DNA of 64,000 nt from an uncultured Chloroflexota bacterium (GCA_903822495.1 CAIJPD010000043.1:46-64045); one strand, 5' to 3'; positions 37,615-48,643 are shown, counted from the stretch's first letter. Numbers and translations: made by a program. The notes: generated from the letters alone by a model not told the origin.

Positions 37615-40600
37615 GAGCCGCGCCTCGCGCGGAGCTCGGCGAGCTCCGCCGCAAGGAGCGCCGCGAGCCGGTCATCTGCCAGCCCCTCCACCTCCGCTGC
37701 GGCAGCCTCCGATGCCGTCGCGCCGGCCGCGGCGGCCGTCGCGGCGCTGTCCGCCTGCCGTGCCCGGTCGGCGGACTCCACGCGGTCCGGGGAGCCCGAG
37801 AGGATGGCGTGGAGCGCGTCCGCCAGGGCCTCGACGGTGGGGTGATCAAAGACCAGCGTCGAGCGGAGGGGAACGCCCAGGTGGCGCTCCAGGCGACTCT
37901 TCACCTCGAGCGCCGTGAGCGACTCCAGGCCAAGGTCAAACAAGCGGCGGCGTGGGTCGATCGGCGACCCAGGGGCCAGTCCCAGGACCGCGGCGACCTG
38001 GCTTGCCGCGAGCTCCGCCAGCATCCCGCGGCGGGCTGCTGGCGGCGACCCATCCAGGGCCTGTCGGAACGCAGGACGCTCCCCCGGGGCGTCCGGGACG
38101 CCGACGATGTCCTCGAAGAACGGCGGACGCCGGCCTGCTCCGAACTGGCGCATGAACGCGGGCCACCTCACGGCGGCCACGGCCAGCTGGGGATCGCCGC
38201 CGCCCAACAGGTCATCGAAGCGGGCTAACGCCTCCGCCGGTTCCAGGCGGTCGATCCCCCAGGCCGCATGCGCCTCGCCGCCGGAACCGCGGGCGGCCAG
38301 GCCGATGTCGGCCCAGGGGCCCCAGGCGATGCTGATCGCGGGCTGCCCAGCGGCTCGGCGTTGCGCAGCAACGGCATCGAGGCAGGCGTTGGCGGCGGCA
38401 TAGGCGCCCTGGCCGGGCGCACCCAGCAGCCCGGAGATCGACGAGAACAGCACCAGCGCGTCGAGGTCCCAGGCGCTCGCCGCCAGCAGCAGGTTCTCGA
38501 GGCCGCTCACCTTGGGCGCCATCACCCGCTCGATCCGGGCGGCGTTGTCGTGGATCAGCATGGCCTCGTCCAGCACCCCCGCGGCATGGACGACGACACG
38601 CACCGGAGGCAGCTCGCGCGTCACCTTGGCGAGGGCGGAATGCAGGCCGGCGCGGTCGGCCACGTCCGCGAGTGCGACCTCCACCCGACAGCCGTCCGCG
38701 CGCAGGCGCTCGATCGCCTCCAGCGCGGCCGGCCGGGGCGCCGACCGGCCCACGAGCACGACCGCACCAAGCCCGGCAGCGCTGAGCCGGCTGGCCACGG
38801 CCAGGCCGATCTCACCGAGGCCGCCGGTGACCACCGCGGTGGAGCCCTGCGTCACCCGAGCCGGCCTGACCGCGGCGGGCGATCCCGCACGATGGAGCCG
38901 GGGAACCCGGGCCCGCTCGCCGCGAAGCGCCACCTGGGGTTCCGCGGCGGCATCGTCCAGCAGGGCGAGGAGGCGTCGGGCGTCCACGTCCGGGTCCACG
39001 CCTGACGAGACCGCGTCGAGGTCCGCGAGCACCACGCCCAGCTCGGGGTGCTCGAGGGACACGGTGCGCCCAAAGCCCCACAGCGTGGCCTGGGAGGGGG
39101 CCGCGATCGTGTCCTCGGGCGCCGCCGCCTGGGCGCCTCTCGTCACCAGCACCAGGTGAGGAGCGGACCGCGTCGGCGAACCGGGTGCGGCAACCAGCGC
39201 CTGGACGACATGGAGCGCGCCGGCGCACATGGCGGCCGCCGCGCCTGCCTCGGCGGTGTCGAGCCCCCAGCAGTGGATCACCCGGAGCTGCCGGCCCTCG
39301 CCTGCCGTCGCCCCGGCAACGAGGGCCCCGACGGCCGGCTGGTCGAGGGGATCGACGACGCGCGAACCGGCCGGCGACCCAGCGCCGGCGAACACGACGT
39401 CGACGCGCTCACCCCGCTCGCGCAGCCGGCGAGCCAGCGCCTGCCCGACGCCCTGGCCGTCCGCCAGCACGAGCCAGTCCTGGTTCGCACGCGACGAGAG
39501 CGGCGATGCGACGGCCGGGGTCGCGTCCTGCCAGGCCACCCGGTAGGACAGCCGGTCCGTGCCTGCCTCGGCCCTGGCGAGGGCGTCCAGGCTCACCCGG
39601 CGGGCTTCGAATCCTTCGATCTCCAGGAGGATCCGGCCCTGCGCGTCGCGCAGCGTGATGTCGCCCACGAGGCGGTCCGCCTGGCGCTCCCGGAGTCGGG
39701 CGTGGCACACGAGCGGGAGCTGGCCCGGCGTTCCGAGAAACGTGAGCCGGGCGATGCGGAACGGGACGAAGTGGCCGTCCGCGGCGTTGGGGTCGGCTTC
39801 GAAGCGATGGCCGCCGGCCAGCACCTGGAAGCACGAGTCGATCAGGCCGGGGTGGATGAGGAGGTCGTTGTCCAACGCCGCCGAGGGCGCCGGCCGCTTG
39901 AGCTCGCCGAGGGCCTCACGATCGCCCCGCCACAGCGCGTCGATCCACCGGAACGATGGGCCGGCCTGGTAGGCCACCCGGCCCAGCGTGGCGTAGAACG
40001 CGTCCCCGTCCATCCGCTCGGGGCATCGGGCACGCACGATCTCGAGCGGCTCGGGAGCGGGCGCCTCGGACGGCCGGGGGTCGGCAGGCGACGCCCCAAG
40101 TCGGGCTTCGAGATGGGTCGCCCACGGATCGTCCACGGCCGCATTCGCCCGTCGGCTGGCGACCCGGACCAGGCGCTCCCCGGCGCCGTCGATGACCAGT
40201 TGTGCGGTCCGCGGCGTGGGATCCGTGAAGACCAGCGCCCGCGGACAGGCGACATCCTCGAGGATGACCGGCGACGTGGCCGTGACGTTCCGGTCGGCCA
40301 GGGCCTGGATCCCCCAGGCCAGGTGCGTTGCCGCGGCGACCACCACCGTCCCCTCCAGCCGGTGATCGGCCAGGTGGGCGGGTGAATCTGGGGCCAGCAC
40401 GGCCTGGAAGCGGACGTCCACCGCGAAGGGCAGGTCCATGCGCCGCCCGGGCCAGGCGGCAGGGGCTGCCGCCGCGAGGCGAGCATTCGGCGGGCCTGGC
40501 GGCGCCTCGATCCAGTGGCGCTCGCGCTGGAACGGATAGGTGGGCAGCGCGAGCCGAGGGCGTCGACGGCCATCGATCGCGGTCCAGTCGATCTCCACCC

Positions 40601-43202
40601 CGCGGGCCCAGGCCCGGCCCACCGCCTCGGCGAGGACCCGCCCGTCCCGCCGGTTCCGCCGGAGGGACGGCAGCCATGCCGCCGGCCCGTCGTCGGACAG
40701 GCGCCCCAGTCCCAGGAGCACCGGATGCGGCCCAATCTCCACATACACCGCGGAGCCCAACTCCCGCAGGGTCCTCATGCCGTCGGCGAAGCGCACCGTC
40801 CGTCGGACATGGCGGACCCAGTAGTCCGGCGTCGCGAGATCCTCGTCCGCGATCTGGCCGGTCACGTTGGACACGATCGGGATCCGCGGGCGGGCGTACT
40901 GGACGCCCGCGGCAACGTCGGCGAAGGCCGCCAACATGGGCTCCACCAGCGGCGAGTGGGCGGCGATGGGGACGCGCAGCACGGTCGTGCGAACGCCCTC
41001 CGCGGCGAGGACGGCGGCGACGGCCTCCACGGCCGCCACCTCGCCCGAGATCACGAGGCTGTCCGGGCCGTTGACGGCGGCGATGGCCACGCGATCGTCG
41101 AGGTCGCCGATCGCCCGCGTCACCCGGCCCACGGCGGCCCGCACCGCGATCATCCGACCGGCAACGGGCAGGCCGTCCATGAGCCTTCCCCGCGCGGCCA
41201 CCATCCTGGCGGCCGCCTCCAGGTCGAAGACGCCGGCCAGCCAGGCGGCCGCGTACTCGCCGACGCTGTGGCCCAGGACCGCGACGGGCGAGACGCCCCA
41301 GCTCCGCCAGAGCGCCGCCAGGGCGGCCTCGACCGCGAAGAGCGCCGGCTGCGCCCAGGTCATGGTTCCCACCGGCGAGTTCGGGCCCTCGCCCCCGAAC
41401 AGGACGTCGAGGAGGCTGCGCCCGTCGACCGGGGGCACGGCGGCGGAGCATCGGTCGATGACCTCGCGCGCCACTGGCCACGACTCGTAGACGCCCCGCC
41501 CCATCCCCGCGTGCTCGGCGCCCTGGCCGGTGAACAGGAACGCGACCGGCGGCCGGACACCGCGCGGCGCGACGGCCGGCAGCTCCGCGTCCTCGGCCCC
41601 GGACGCGACCGCGTCGAGCGCGGCTGCCGCCTCGGCGCTTCGGGACGCCGCGATGCTCACTCGGTGCGGCTGCACGGTGCGGCCCACGTGCAGGGTGGCG
41701 GCCACGTCCGCCAGGGGAGCATCCCCGTGAATGGCCAGCCAGCGTGCGTGCCGGCGGGCAAGGGCGCCGAGCCCCGCTTCCGTGGCGGCGGACAGCGTGA
41801 GCACGTGGTCCTCGCCCGGCCGGGCCGACGGCAGCTCGAACTGCGGAGCCGGGGCCTCCTCGAGGATCACGTGCGCGTTGGTCCCTCCGATGCCGAAGGC
41901 GCTGACGCCCGCGCGCCGGGGCGCCCCGAGGTCCGGCCATGGCGCAAGCGTCGCGGCCACCGTGAAGCCACCCGCGGCCAGGTCCAGCTCCGGGTTCGGC
42001 GTGGCGAAGTGCAGGCTGGGCGGGATTTGGCCGTGGTGGAGCGCGAGTGCCGTCTTGATCAGGCCGGCGATGCCGGCCGCCGTGTCCAGGTGGCCGATGT
42101 TCGTCTTGACGGCACCGATGCGGCGCTCCCGCGCCGGTCCATAGGCCTGGACGAGGGCCGCCACCTCGATCGGGTCGCCCAGCGGTGTCGCCGTACCGTG
42201 GGCCTCGATGTAGCCGACGGTGTCCGGCTCGATGCCGGCGACGGCCAGCGCCTCCCGGATCACGGCCGCCTGGCCGACCACGCTCGGCGCGGTGAAGTCG
42301 ACCTTGGCGTTGCCGTCGTTGTTGATGGCGGACCCACGGATCACCGCGTAGATCGTGTCGCCGTCCGCGACGGCCTCGTCCAGTCTCCGGAGGAGGACGG
42401 CACCGGCGCCACTGCCGAACACGGTCCCGCTGGCGGCCGCGTCGAACGTCCGGGTGTGGCCGTCGGCCGACATGAACATTCCGTCCTCGTGCAGGTAGCC
42501 GGCCCGGTTCGGGAGCCGGATCGTGACCCCGCCCGCGAGGGCCGTGTCGCACGAGCCATCCAGGAGGCCCTGACATGCGAGATGGACCGCGACCAGCGAC
42601 GTGGAGCACGCGGCCTGGACGTTGACCGCCGGCCCACGCAAGTCGAGTCGATACGCGGTCCGGGTCGCCAGGAAGTCCTTGTCGTTGGTGATGAACAGCC
42701 GCCAGGCTCCAACGTCGGATCGCAGGGCGAGGTTGGGGTGGAGGTGATCAAGCAGGTACAGGTTCAGGCCGGACCCGGCGTAGACACCGACGGGACCGGC
42801 CGCCGATCCGGGCACACGGCCGGCGTGCTCGAAGGCCTCCCAGGCGACCTCCAGGAACAGGCGCTGTTGCGGGTCCAGCAGCTGCGCCTCGCGGGGGGTG
42901 ATGCCGAAGAAGCCCGCGTCGAACCTCGTCACGTCGTCCAGCGACCCCGACGCACGCACATAGCGAGGGTTCGCCAGCTCGTGCGGGGCGACACCGGCCG
43001 CGATCAGCGTCGCCTCGTCGAGGGTCACGACGGATTCGACGCCATCCGCGAGGTTCCGCCAGAACGAGTCCAGGTCCGGCGCCCCGGGAAATCGACAGGC
43101 CATGCCGACGATCGCGATCGCGCCCGGGTCGCCCCGCTCGACCCACGCGGCATCAATCGCACCGGTTCGGCCGTCCTCCGGACGAGGCATCGCGTCGTTC
43201 AC
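37611..43202 (-). CDS. Type I PKS: KS(post-NRPS type)-AT-DH-KR(B-type)-ACP
   Basis: KS NDKDF...VQAACSTS; AT GHSVG and IAAH; DH HRLEGTVVVA and HPGLIDSCFQ; KR GGLGEIG, VLDE, YAAAN; ACP LGLESL. Confidence 0.93.
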   Translation of the reverse strand: MNDAMPRPEDGRTGAIDAAWVERGDPGAIAIVGMACRFPGAPDLDSFWRNLADGVESVVTLDEATLIAAGVAPHELANPRYVRASGSLDDVTRFDAGFFGITPREAQLLDPQQRLFLEVAWEAFEHAGRVPGSAAGPVGVYAGSGLNLYLLDHLHPNLALRSDVGAWRLFITNDKDFLATRTAYRLDLRGPAVNVQAACSTSLVAVHLACQGLLDGSCDTALAGGVTIRLPNRAGYLHEDGMFMSADGHTRTFDAAASGTVFGSGAGAVLLRRLDEAVADGDTIYAVIRGSAINNDGNAKVDFTAPSVVGQAAVIREALAVAGIEPDTVGYIEAHGTATPLGDPIEVAALVQAYGPARERRIGAVKTNIGHLDTAAGIAGLIKTALALHHGQIPPSLHFATPNPELDLAAGGFTVAATLAPWPDLGAPRRAGVSAFGIGGTNAHVILEEAPAPQFELPSARPGEDHVLTLSAATEAGLGALARRHARWLAIHGDAPLADVAATLHVGRTVQPHRVSIAASRSAEAAAALDAVASGAEDAELPAVAPRGVRPPVAFLFTGQGAEHAGMGRGVYESWPVAREVIDRCSAAVPPVDGRSLLDVLFGGEGPNSPVGTMTWAQPALFAVEAALAALWRSWGVSPVAVLGHSVGEYAAAWLAGVFDLEAAARMVAARGRLMDGLPVAGRMIAVRAAVGRVTRAIGDLDDRVAIAAVNGPDSLVISGEVAAVEAVAAVLAAEGVRTTVLRVPIAAHSPLVEPMLAAFADVAAGVQYARPRIPIVSNVTGQIADEDLATPDYWVRHVRRTVRFADGMRTLRELGSAVYVEIGPHPVLLGLGRLSDDGPAAWLPSLRRNRRDGRVLAEAVGRAWARGVEIDWTAIDGRRRPRLALPTYPFQRERHWIEAPPGPPNARLAAAAPAAWPGRRMDLPFAVDVRFQAVLAPDSPAHLADHRLEGTVVVAAATHLAWGIQALADRNVTATSPVILEDVACPRALVFTDPTPRTAQLVIDGAGERLVRVASRRANAAVDDPWATHLEARLGASPADPRPSEAPAPEPLEIVRARCPERMDGDAFYATLGRVAYQAGPSFRWIDALWRGDREALGELKRPAPSAALDNDLLIHPGLIDSCFQVLAGGHRFEADPNAADGHFVPFRIARLTFLGTPGQLPLVCHARLRERQADRLVGDITLRDAQGRILLEIEGFEARRVSLDALARAEAGTDRLSYRVAWQDATPAVASPLSSRANQDWLVLADGQGVGQALARRLRERGERVDVVFAGAGSPAGSRVVDPLDQPAVGALVAGATAGEGRQLRVIHCWGLDTAEAGAAAAMCAGALHVVQALVAAPGSPTRSAPHLVLVTRGAQAAAPEDTIAAPSQATLWGFGRTVSLEHPELGVVLADLDAVSSGVDPDVDARRLLALLDDAAAEPQVALRGERARVPRLHRAGSPAAVRPARVTQGSTAVVTGGLGEIGLAVASRLSAAGLGAVVLVGRSAPRPAALEAIERLRADGCRVEVALADVADRAGLHSALAKVTRELPPVRVVVHAAGVLDEAMLIHDNAARIERVMAPKVSGLENLLLAASAWDLDALVLFSSISGLLGAPGQGAYAAANACLDAVAAQRRAAGQPAISIAWGPWADIGLAARGSGGEAHAAWGIDRLEPAEALARFDDLLGGGDPQLAVAAVRWPAFMRQFGAGRRPPFFEDIVGVPDAPGERPAFRQALDGSPPAARRGMLAELAASQVAAVLGLAPGSPIDPRRRLFDLGLESLTALEVKSRLERHLGVPLRSTLVFDHPTVEALADALHAILSGSPDRVESADRARQADSAATAAAAGATASEAAAAEVEGLADDRLAALLAAELAELRARRGS

Positions 43203-46200
43203 GACGGCGAGCCTCCCTGGCGTCCCTTGCGCCGTGCCTCGAGTCGGGCCCCCGCGCTGGCCCGGCCCGCCGTCCGCAGGACCGCCCGGTCCGGCGCCGC
43301 CGCGGCGTGCCCCGCCGGGTCCCCGTCGCCGGCGTCCAGGTAGGCGGCGAGCGACTCGATGGTGGGATGCTCGAACAGGGCGGCGATGGGAATGCGCCGG
43401 CCCAGCCGCGTCTCGATCACGCCGCGGACCTGGACCAGCAGGAGCGAATGCCCCCCGAGCTCAAAGACGTTGTCCTTGAGCCCGACGCGTTCTACCCCGA
43501 GGATCTCGGCCCAGGTTGCGGCGAGGAAGGACGCCGTCGCAGACGCCGTGGCGGGGGCCGTGGACGCCGGGCCGGGCGCCCGGCCCGCCGGGCCGGTGGC
43601 ATTCGGCGGTACGGTGGGCGAGACCACGCGAGGATCGGGCAGCGATTGCCGATCCACCTTGCCGTGGGCCGTCAAGGGCAGGGCGTCGAGGAACGTCCAC
43701 GATGCCGGCACCATCGCCTCGGGCAGACGGCTCGCGACCACTCGTCGCAGCTCGGCCGCGGCCAGCGCCGTGCCCGCGCGAGCCACCACGTACGCCGCCA
43801 GCCGAGTGTCCCCCGGCCTGGCGGTGAACGCGGTCACGACGACCTCCGCCACGTCGGGATGGGCACGGACCGCAGCCTCCACCTCCGCGGGCTCGATGCG
43901 CACGCCGCGGACCTTGACCTGGTGGTCGGCCCGGCCATGGTGCTCCAGCGTCCCGTCCGCGCGCCAGCGGGCCAGGTCGCCTGTACGGTAGATGCGAGCG
44001 CCCGGCGCCATCGAGAACGGGTCGGGTCCGAACGCCACGGCGTCGAGGTCCGGACGGCCAAGGTAGCCGCGCGCGACCCCGGCCCCCCCGATCCAGAGCT
44101 CGCCCGTCACGCCGACCGGCACCGGGCGGCCGTCGTCATCCACCACATACACCCGGGTGTTGTCGATGGGGCGGCCGATGGAGATGGGTTCGTCGCGTTC
44201 CACTCGACCCATGGTGGACCAGATCGTCGTCTCGGTCGGTCCGTAGACGTTCCACAGGGTTCCCACCCGCTCGAGGAGCCGATCCGCCAGCTCTCGGTCC
44301 AGCGCCTCGCCGCCGCTCAGCGCGACCAGGCCAGGGTCGCCCCGCCAGCCGCTCTCGACCAGGAGCCTCCACGTGGCGGGGGTGGCCTGCACGATGGTCG
44401 CCCGAGAGCGTCGCAGAAGCGTGGCGAGGCGTTCCGCGTCGGCGGCGTCGGCCCGGCCCACGAGGACCACCCGCGCGCCGGACACCCAGGGCACCAGCAA
44501 CTCCAGGACCGCGATGTCGAAGGTGACTGGCGTCACCGCCGCGAGGCGGTCACCGGGACCCACGCCGAGGCGACGAGCCATCGCGGCGACCAGGTTCACC
44601 ACCGCCCGCTGGGTCACCTGCACGCCCTTGGGCTGCCCGGTCGATCCGGAGGTGTAGATCGCGTAGGCCAGCTGGTCGGCGGTGACCAATGGAGCCCGGA
44701 CGGGACCCGGCGCCGGACGGAGGGCCAGATCCGGTGCCCCGGACGGGACCCCGTGGCACAGGTCCCCCAGGTCGTCCAGCTCGTCCACCAGGATCACGCG
44801 GACGCCGTCCGGGGCGGCGATCCCCGCCGACGACCAGGTCGCGCGGTCCGATACGACCACGGTCGCTCCCGTGTCGGCCAGCAGCCAGCGAATCCGATCC
44901 GCGGGCCACCCCGGATCGAGGGGAAGCCAGGCCGCGCCGGCGCGAACGATCCCGAGGAGGGCGACCGCCAGGTCCGACGTGCGGCCCAGGAACAGTCCTG
45001 CCAGCGTGTCCGGACCGACCCCCTCGGCGACGAGCGCCCGGGCCACGGCGGCGGCGCGCGTCCACAGCTCGTCGTACGTCGCCTCCGTGCCGTCGACGTC
45101 GAGCGCGACCCGTTCCCCGTGTCGCTCGAAGGCTTCGCCGAGGATAGCGCGCAGCGTCGTCGGGTCAGGCAGCCGGACGTCCGTCGCGTTGACCCCGACG
45201 ACCAGCCGCGCCTGCTCCGCGTCATCGAGGAGGCGCAGGGCTCCCACCGGCGCGCCTGGCCGATCGACGATGTCCTCGAGGAGCACGGACCAGTGGCGGG
45301 CCAGCCGCGCCACTCGTTCAGCGCCAAACAGCGCGGTGTCGTACTTGATCCAGCCGACGATCGACCGTTGACCCTCCACCAGCTCGAGCGCAAGGTCGAA
45401 CTGACCCTCCTGCTGGGGCAGCGCGACGGGCTCAAGCAGCAGGTCCGCCCAGCGCGCGCCGGTGGACACTGGGCTCGGCGCCAGCAGCTCGGCGAGCGGA
45501 CTCCCGGGGCCATCCGCCAGGGGCTGGTGGAGTGAGAACAGGACGTCGAACAGCGGCGAACGGCTCACATCCCTTGGCAGGCGCAGTCGCTCGACCAGGT
45601 GCGCGAAGGGCAGGTCCTGGTGGGCGAGCGCTCCGTGGACCCGGTCGCGGACCCGCGCGAGATGCTCGACGAATGTCTGGTCTCCGCTGACGTCCGCGAG
45701 CACCGCGACCGGGTTGACCAGGTACCCCACCAGGCCGGCAGCGGCAGGCCGGGTTCGGCCCGACGTCAGGGCGCCAACGGCGAAGGCGTCCTGCCCCGCG
45801 TACCGGGCGAGCAGGACCTGGAAGGCGGCGAGGAGAAGCGTGTGCAGCGACACGCCCTGGTGGCGCGCGAGCCGCCGGAGCCGCTCGGTGATTGCGGCCG
45901 GCAGCTCAATCCGCTGCGAGGCCCCCGTGAACGCGCGAACTGGCGGCCGAGGCGCATCCGCCGGCAGGTCGAGCACCGGGGGCGGGACGGCGAGCGCCCG
46001 GGACCAGTAGTCCCAGTCACGTTCGGCGGCCGGTGCCCCCAGGCGATCCGCCTCCCCGCGAGCCCAGCCGAGGAAGGAGGGACCGGGGGCCGGCAGGGTC
46101 CGCCCGGCGTACAGGCGCTCCAGCTCCTCCATCATCAGCACCAGCGAGGCATAGTCGCCGGCGAGGTGGTGCATCACCAGGAGCAGGACCGCCCGGTCGG

Positions 46201-48643
46201 GTCCAACCTCCACGAGCCAGGCGCGCGCGATGGGGCCCCGCTCCAGGTCGAAGGGCCGACGGACCTCGGCAGCCAGCCGGGCAGCCAGCTCGGCCTCTCC
46301 CCAGGCCGCGCCGTCGACGACCGCGAAGGCGCCAGGGTCGACCGGACCCGGCACCTGCTGGGGGCGGCCCTGCTCGTCGAGGTACCGCATCCGGAGTGCG
46401 TCGTGGCGGGCGAGGAGCGCCAGGAACGCCGCCCGCAACCCATCCGGCGACGGTGCGGGCAGCATCCGGACCGCCCCGGCGAGATGGTAGGCGTCGGTCT
46501 CGGGGGCCAGGCTCTGGAGGAACCAGAGCGCGGCCTGTCCGTGTGTGAGCGGGCCGGCCGCGTCGTCCAGGGCGGTCGCTGACGCCACGTCGCCGGCCGC
46601 CGGGCGCGCCACAACCTCCGGCCCGGTTCCGGCGCCGGCCAGGGCGGCGGCGAACGCCTGGATCGATGGCGCCTCCCAGAACAGGGCCGCCGGCACCCGC
46701 CGTCCCAATGCCCCCTCGAGCTCGAATGCGACCCGCGTCAGGGCGAGAGAGTCGAGTCCGTAGGCGAAGAAGGGCCGGTCATCCTGCACCTCGTCCGTGT
46801 CCAGTCCGGCGGCGACCGCGATTCGATTCCGCAGCCACCGGGCGACCTCCGGTGCGCCCGCGGCCGCGCCCAGGGCGGGCGATTCGCTGGTGGCCACGGG
46901 CACCGGCGCCCGCCAGTCCGCGATGACCGCCAGGCCGCCCTCGGCCAGGGCAGTGCGCGTCGTGCTGCGGCGCAGCTTGCCGCTCGACGTCCTCGGCAAC
47001 GTCCCGGGGCGCAGCAGCACGAGGCGCTCCAGCGACACCTCGTGGTCCGCGGCGACGGCCGCCCGCACGGCCTCCGCGATGGCGTCGACCGGCGTGGAGC
47101 CGACGACGTGGCGATCCACCTCCGCGACAAGCACCAGCCGCTCGCCGGACGGCTCGCCGGCCGCGCCCCCCACCGCGAACGCGGTGCTCGAGCCTGGCCG
47201 AATCGCCGGGTGCGAACCCTCGGCAGATGCCTCGATGTCCTGCGGGTACAGGTTCCGTCCCCTGATGATGATCAGGTCCTTGAGGCGTCCCGTGATGTAC
47301 AACTCACCGTCGTGCAGGAACCCCAGGTCCCCGGTGCGCAGGAACGTCCGCGTGGGGTGTCCTGCCAGCGTGGCGCCGAACGTGGCCCGCGTCTCGTCCG
47401 GCTGCCCCCAGTACCCCTGTGCGACGCTGGGCCCGGCGACCCAGACCTCGCCAACGGCCCCCGGAGCGCGGCCCACGCCGCTGTCGGGGTCGACGACCTC
47501 CACGAACGTGCCGGGGACGGGCCGCCCGCAGCTCACCAGGGGCACCGTCGATTCGGACGACGGCGCCGCGACGCCACGACCCTCGCGGAGAGCCTCCCGA
47601 TCCACGTCGAGCACCCGCGCACCCGAGCCGCGCACGCTGCCCGTGACGATGAGCGTCGTCTCGGCCATTCCGTAGCACACGTCGAAGGCGTCCGGGCGGA
47701 AGCCGTGCGGCCCGAATGTCCGCGCGAATCGCTCCAACGTCTCCGCGCGGACCGGCTCGGCGCCGTTGTAGGCGACCGTCCAGCAGCTGAGGTCCAACGC
47801 CGCGCGTTGCTCCGGGGTCACCTGGCGCAGGCACAGCTCGTAGGCGAAATTGGGTGCCCCGCTGGTTTGGGCCCGGTAGCGCGAGATGGCGCTCAGCCAT
47901 CGAAACGGCTCCTGGAGGAAGGCGACCGGCGCCATGAACACGCTCAGCGACCCCTGGTAGAGGGGTTGGATCGTGTCTCCGATGAGGCCCGTGTCGTGGT
48001 AGCGCGGCAGCCAGCTGACGACCGTGGAGTCGGCCGAATGGCCGAAGGTTGCCGCGATCTGGCGCTGGTTGGCGAGGACATTGGCGTGGCTGACCATGAC
48101 GCCGCGCGGAGTGCCGGTGGACCCCGACGTGAATTGGAGGAAGGCGAGGTCGTGAGCGGCGATCGCGGGGGGTCGCCACTCCCCCGCCTCGGCCGAGCCC
48201 ATCACGGTCGTGTCGATCAGGCCGACGCCCCCGAGGGAGGTTGACGATGCGCTACCGCCGAGCTTTGCGAGGATCGAGGCGGTGGCGAGGGCGAAACGCG
48301 GGGTGGCCGCGGCCACAATCGCGGCAAACCGGGGGTCCGGCTTGTTCAGCTTGGGCGGGTAGACCGGGACCGCCACCACGCCGGCATACAGGCAGCCAAA
48401 GAACGCCGCGATGAAGTCCAGGCCGGCGGGATACAGGAGGAGCGCCCGCTCGCCCGGCAGGCTCTCCCGCTGGAGCCGCGCCGCGATCGCCCGCGCCTGG
48501 CGGTCCAGCTCTCCGTAGCTGATGGAGGCGGCCTCCTCCACGCCATCCGCCAGGAAGATATAGGCGGTCCGGTCCGGATCTCGTGCAGCCCGCCAGCGCA
48601 GGAGCTCGGTGAGGTTCGGGGCGTCCGGTGACATGGTCTGCAT
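43199..48643 (-). CDS. Lipo-initiating NRPS: FAAL-ACP-C-A(Gly)-PCP
   Basis: FAAL FLQFTSGSTG, CYGMAE, RTSSGK; ACP YGLDSL; C domain HHLAGD; A domain YTSGSTG, YGPTETTIW, YRTGD; PCP LGGHSL. Confidence 0.94.
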   Translation of the reverse strand: MQTMSPDAPNLTELLRWRAARDPDRTAYIFLADGVEEAASISYGELDRQARAIAARLQRESLPGERALLLYPAGLDFIAAFFGCLYAGVVAVPVYPPKLNKPDPRFAAIVAAATPRFALATASILAKLGGSASSTSLGGVGLIDTTVMGSAEAGEWRPPAIAAHDLAFLQFTSGSTGTPRGVMVSHANVLANQRQIAATFGHSADSTVVSWLPRYHDTGLIGDTIQPLYQGSLSVFMAPVAFLQEPFRWLSAISRYRAQTSGAPNFAYELCLRQVTPEQRAALDLSCWTVAYNGAEPVRAETLERFARTFGPHGFRPDAFDVCYGMAETTLIVTGSVRGSGARVLDVDREALREGRGVAAPSSESTVPLVSCGRPVPGTFVEVVDPDSGVGRAPGAVGEVWVAGPSVAQGYWGQPDETRATFGATLAGHPTRTFLRTGDLGFLHDGELYITGRLKDLIIIRGRNLYPQDIEASAEGSHPAIRPGSSTAFAVGGAAGEPSGERLVLVAEVDRHVVGSTPVDAIAEAVRAAVAADHEVSLERLVLLRPGTLPRTSSGKLRRSTTRTALAEGGLAVIADWRAPVPVATSESPALGAAAGAPEVARWLRNRIAVAAGLDTDEVQDDRPFFAYGLDSLALTRVAFELEGALGRRVPAALFWEAPSIQAFAAALAGAGTGPEVVARPAAGDVASATALDDAAGPLTHGQAALWFLQSLAPETDAYHLAGAVRMLPAPSPDGLRAAFLALLARHDALRMRYLDEQGRPQQVPGPVDPGAFAVVDGAAWGEAELAARLAAEVRRPFDLERGPIARAWLVEVGPDRAVLLLVMHHLAGDYASLVLMMEELERLYAGRTLPAPGPSFLGWARGEADRLGAPAAERDWDYWSRALAVPPPVLDLPADAPRPPVRAFTGASQRIELPAAITERLRRLARHQGVSLHTLLLAAFQVLLARYAGQDAFAVGALTSGRTRPAAAGLVGYLVNPVAVLADVSGDQTFVEHLARVRDRVHGALAHQDLPFAHLVERLRLPRDVSRSPLFDVLFSLHQPLADGPGSPLAELLAPSPVSTGARWADLLLEPVALPQQEGQFDLALELVEGQRSIVGWIKYDTALFGAERVARLARHWSVLLEDIVDRPGAPVGALRLLDDAEQARLVVGVNATDVRLPDPTTLRAILGEAFERHGERVALDVDGTEATYDELWTRAAAVARALVAEGVGPDTLAGLFLGRTSDLAVALLGIVRAGAAWLPLDPGWPADRIRWLLADTGATVVVSDRATWSSAGIAAPDGVRVILVDELDDLGDLCHGVPSGAPDLALRPAPGPVRAPLVTADQLAYAIYTSGSTGQPKGVQVTQRAVVNLVAAMARRLGVGPGDRLAAVTPVTFDIAVLELLVPWVSGARVVLVGRADAADAERLATLLRRSRATIVQATPATWRLLVESGWRGDPGLVALSGGEALDRELADRLLERVGTLWNVYGPTETTIWSTMGRVERDEPISIGRPIDNTRVYVVDDDGRPVPVGVTGELWIGGAGVARGYLGRPDLDAVAFGPDPFSMAPGARIYRTGDLARWRADGTLEHHGRADHQVKVRGVRIEPAEVEAAVRAHPDVAEVVVTAFTARPGDTRLAAYVVARAGTALAAAELRRVVASRLPEAMVPASWTFLDALPLTAHGKVDRQSLPDPRVVSPTVPPNATGPAGRAPGPASTAPATASATASFLAATWAEILGVERVGLKDNVFELGGHSLLLVQVRGVIETRLGRRIPIAALFEHPTIESLAAYLDAGDGDPAGHAAAAPDRAVLRTAGRASAGARLEARRKGRQGGSPS

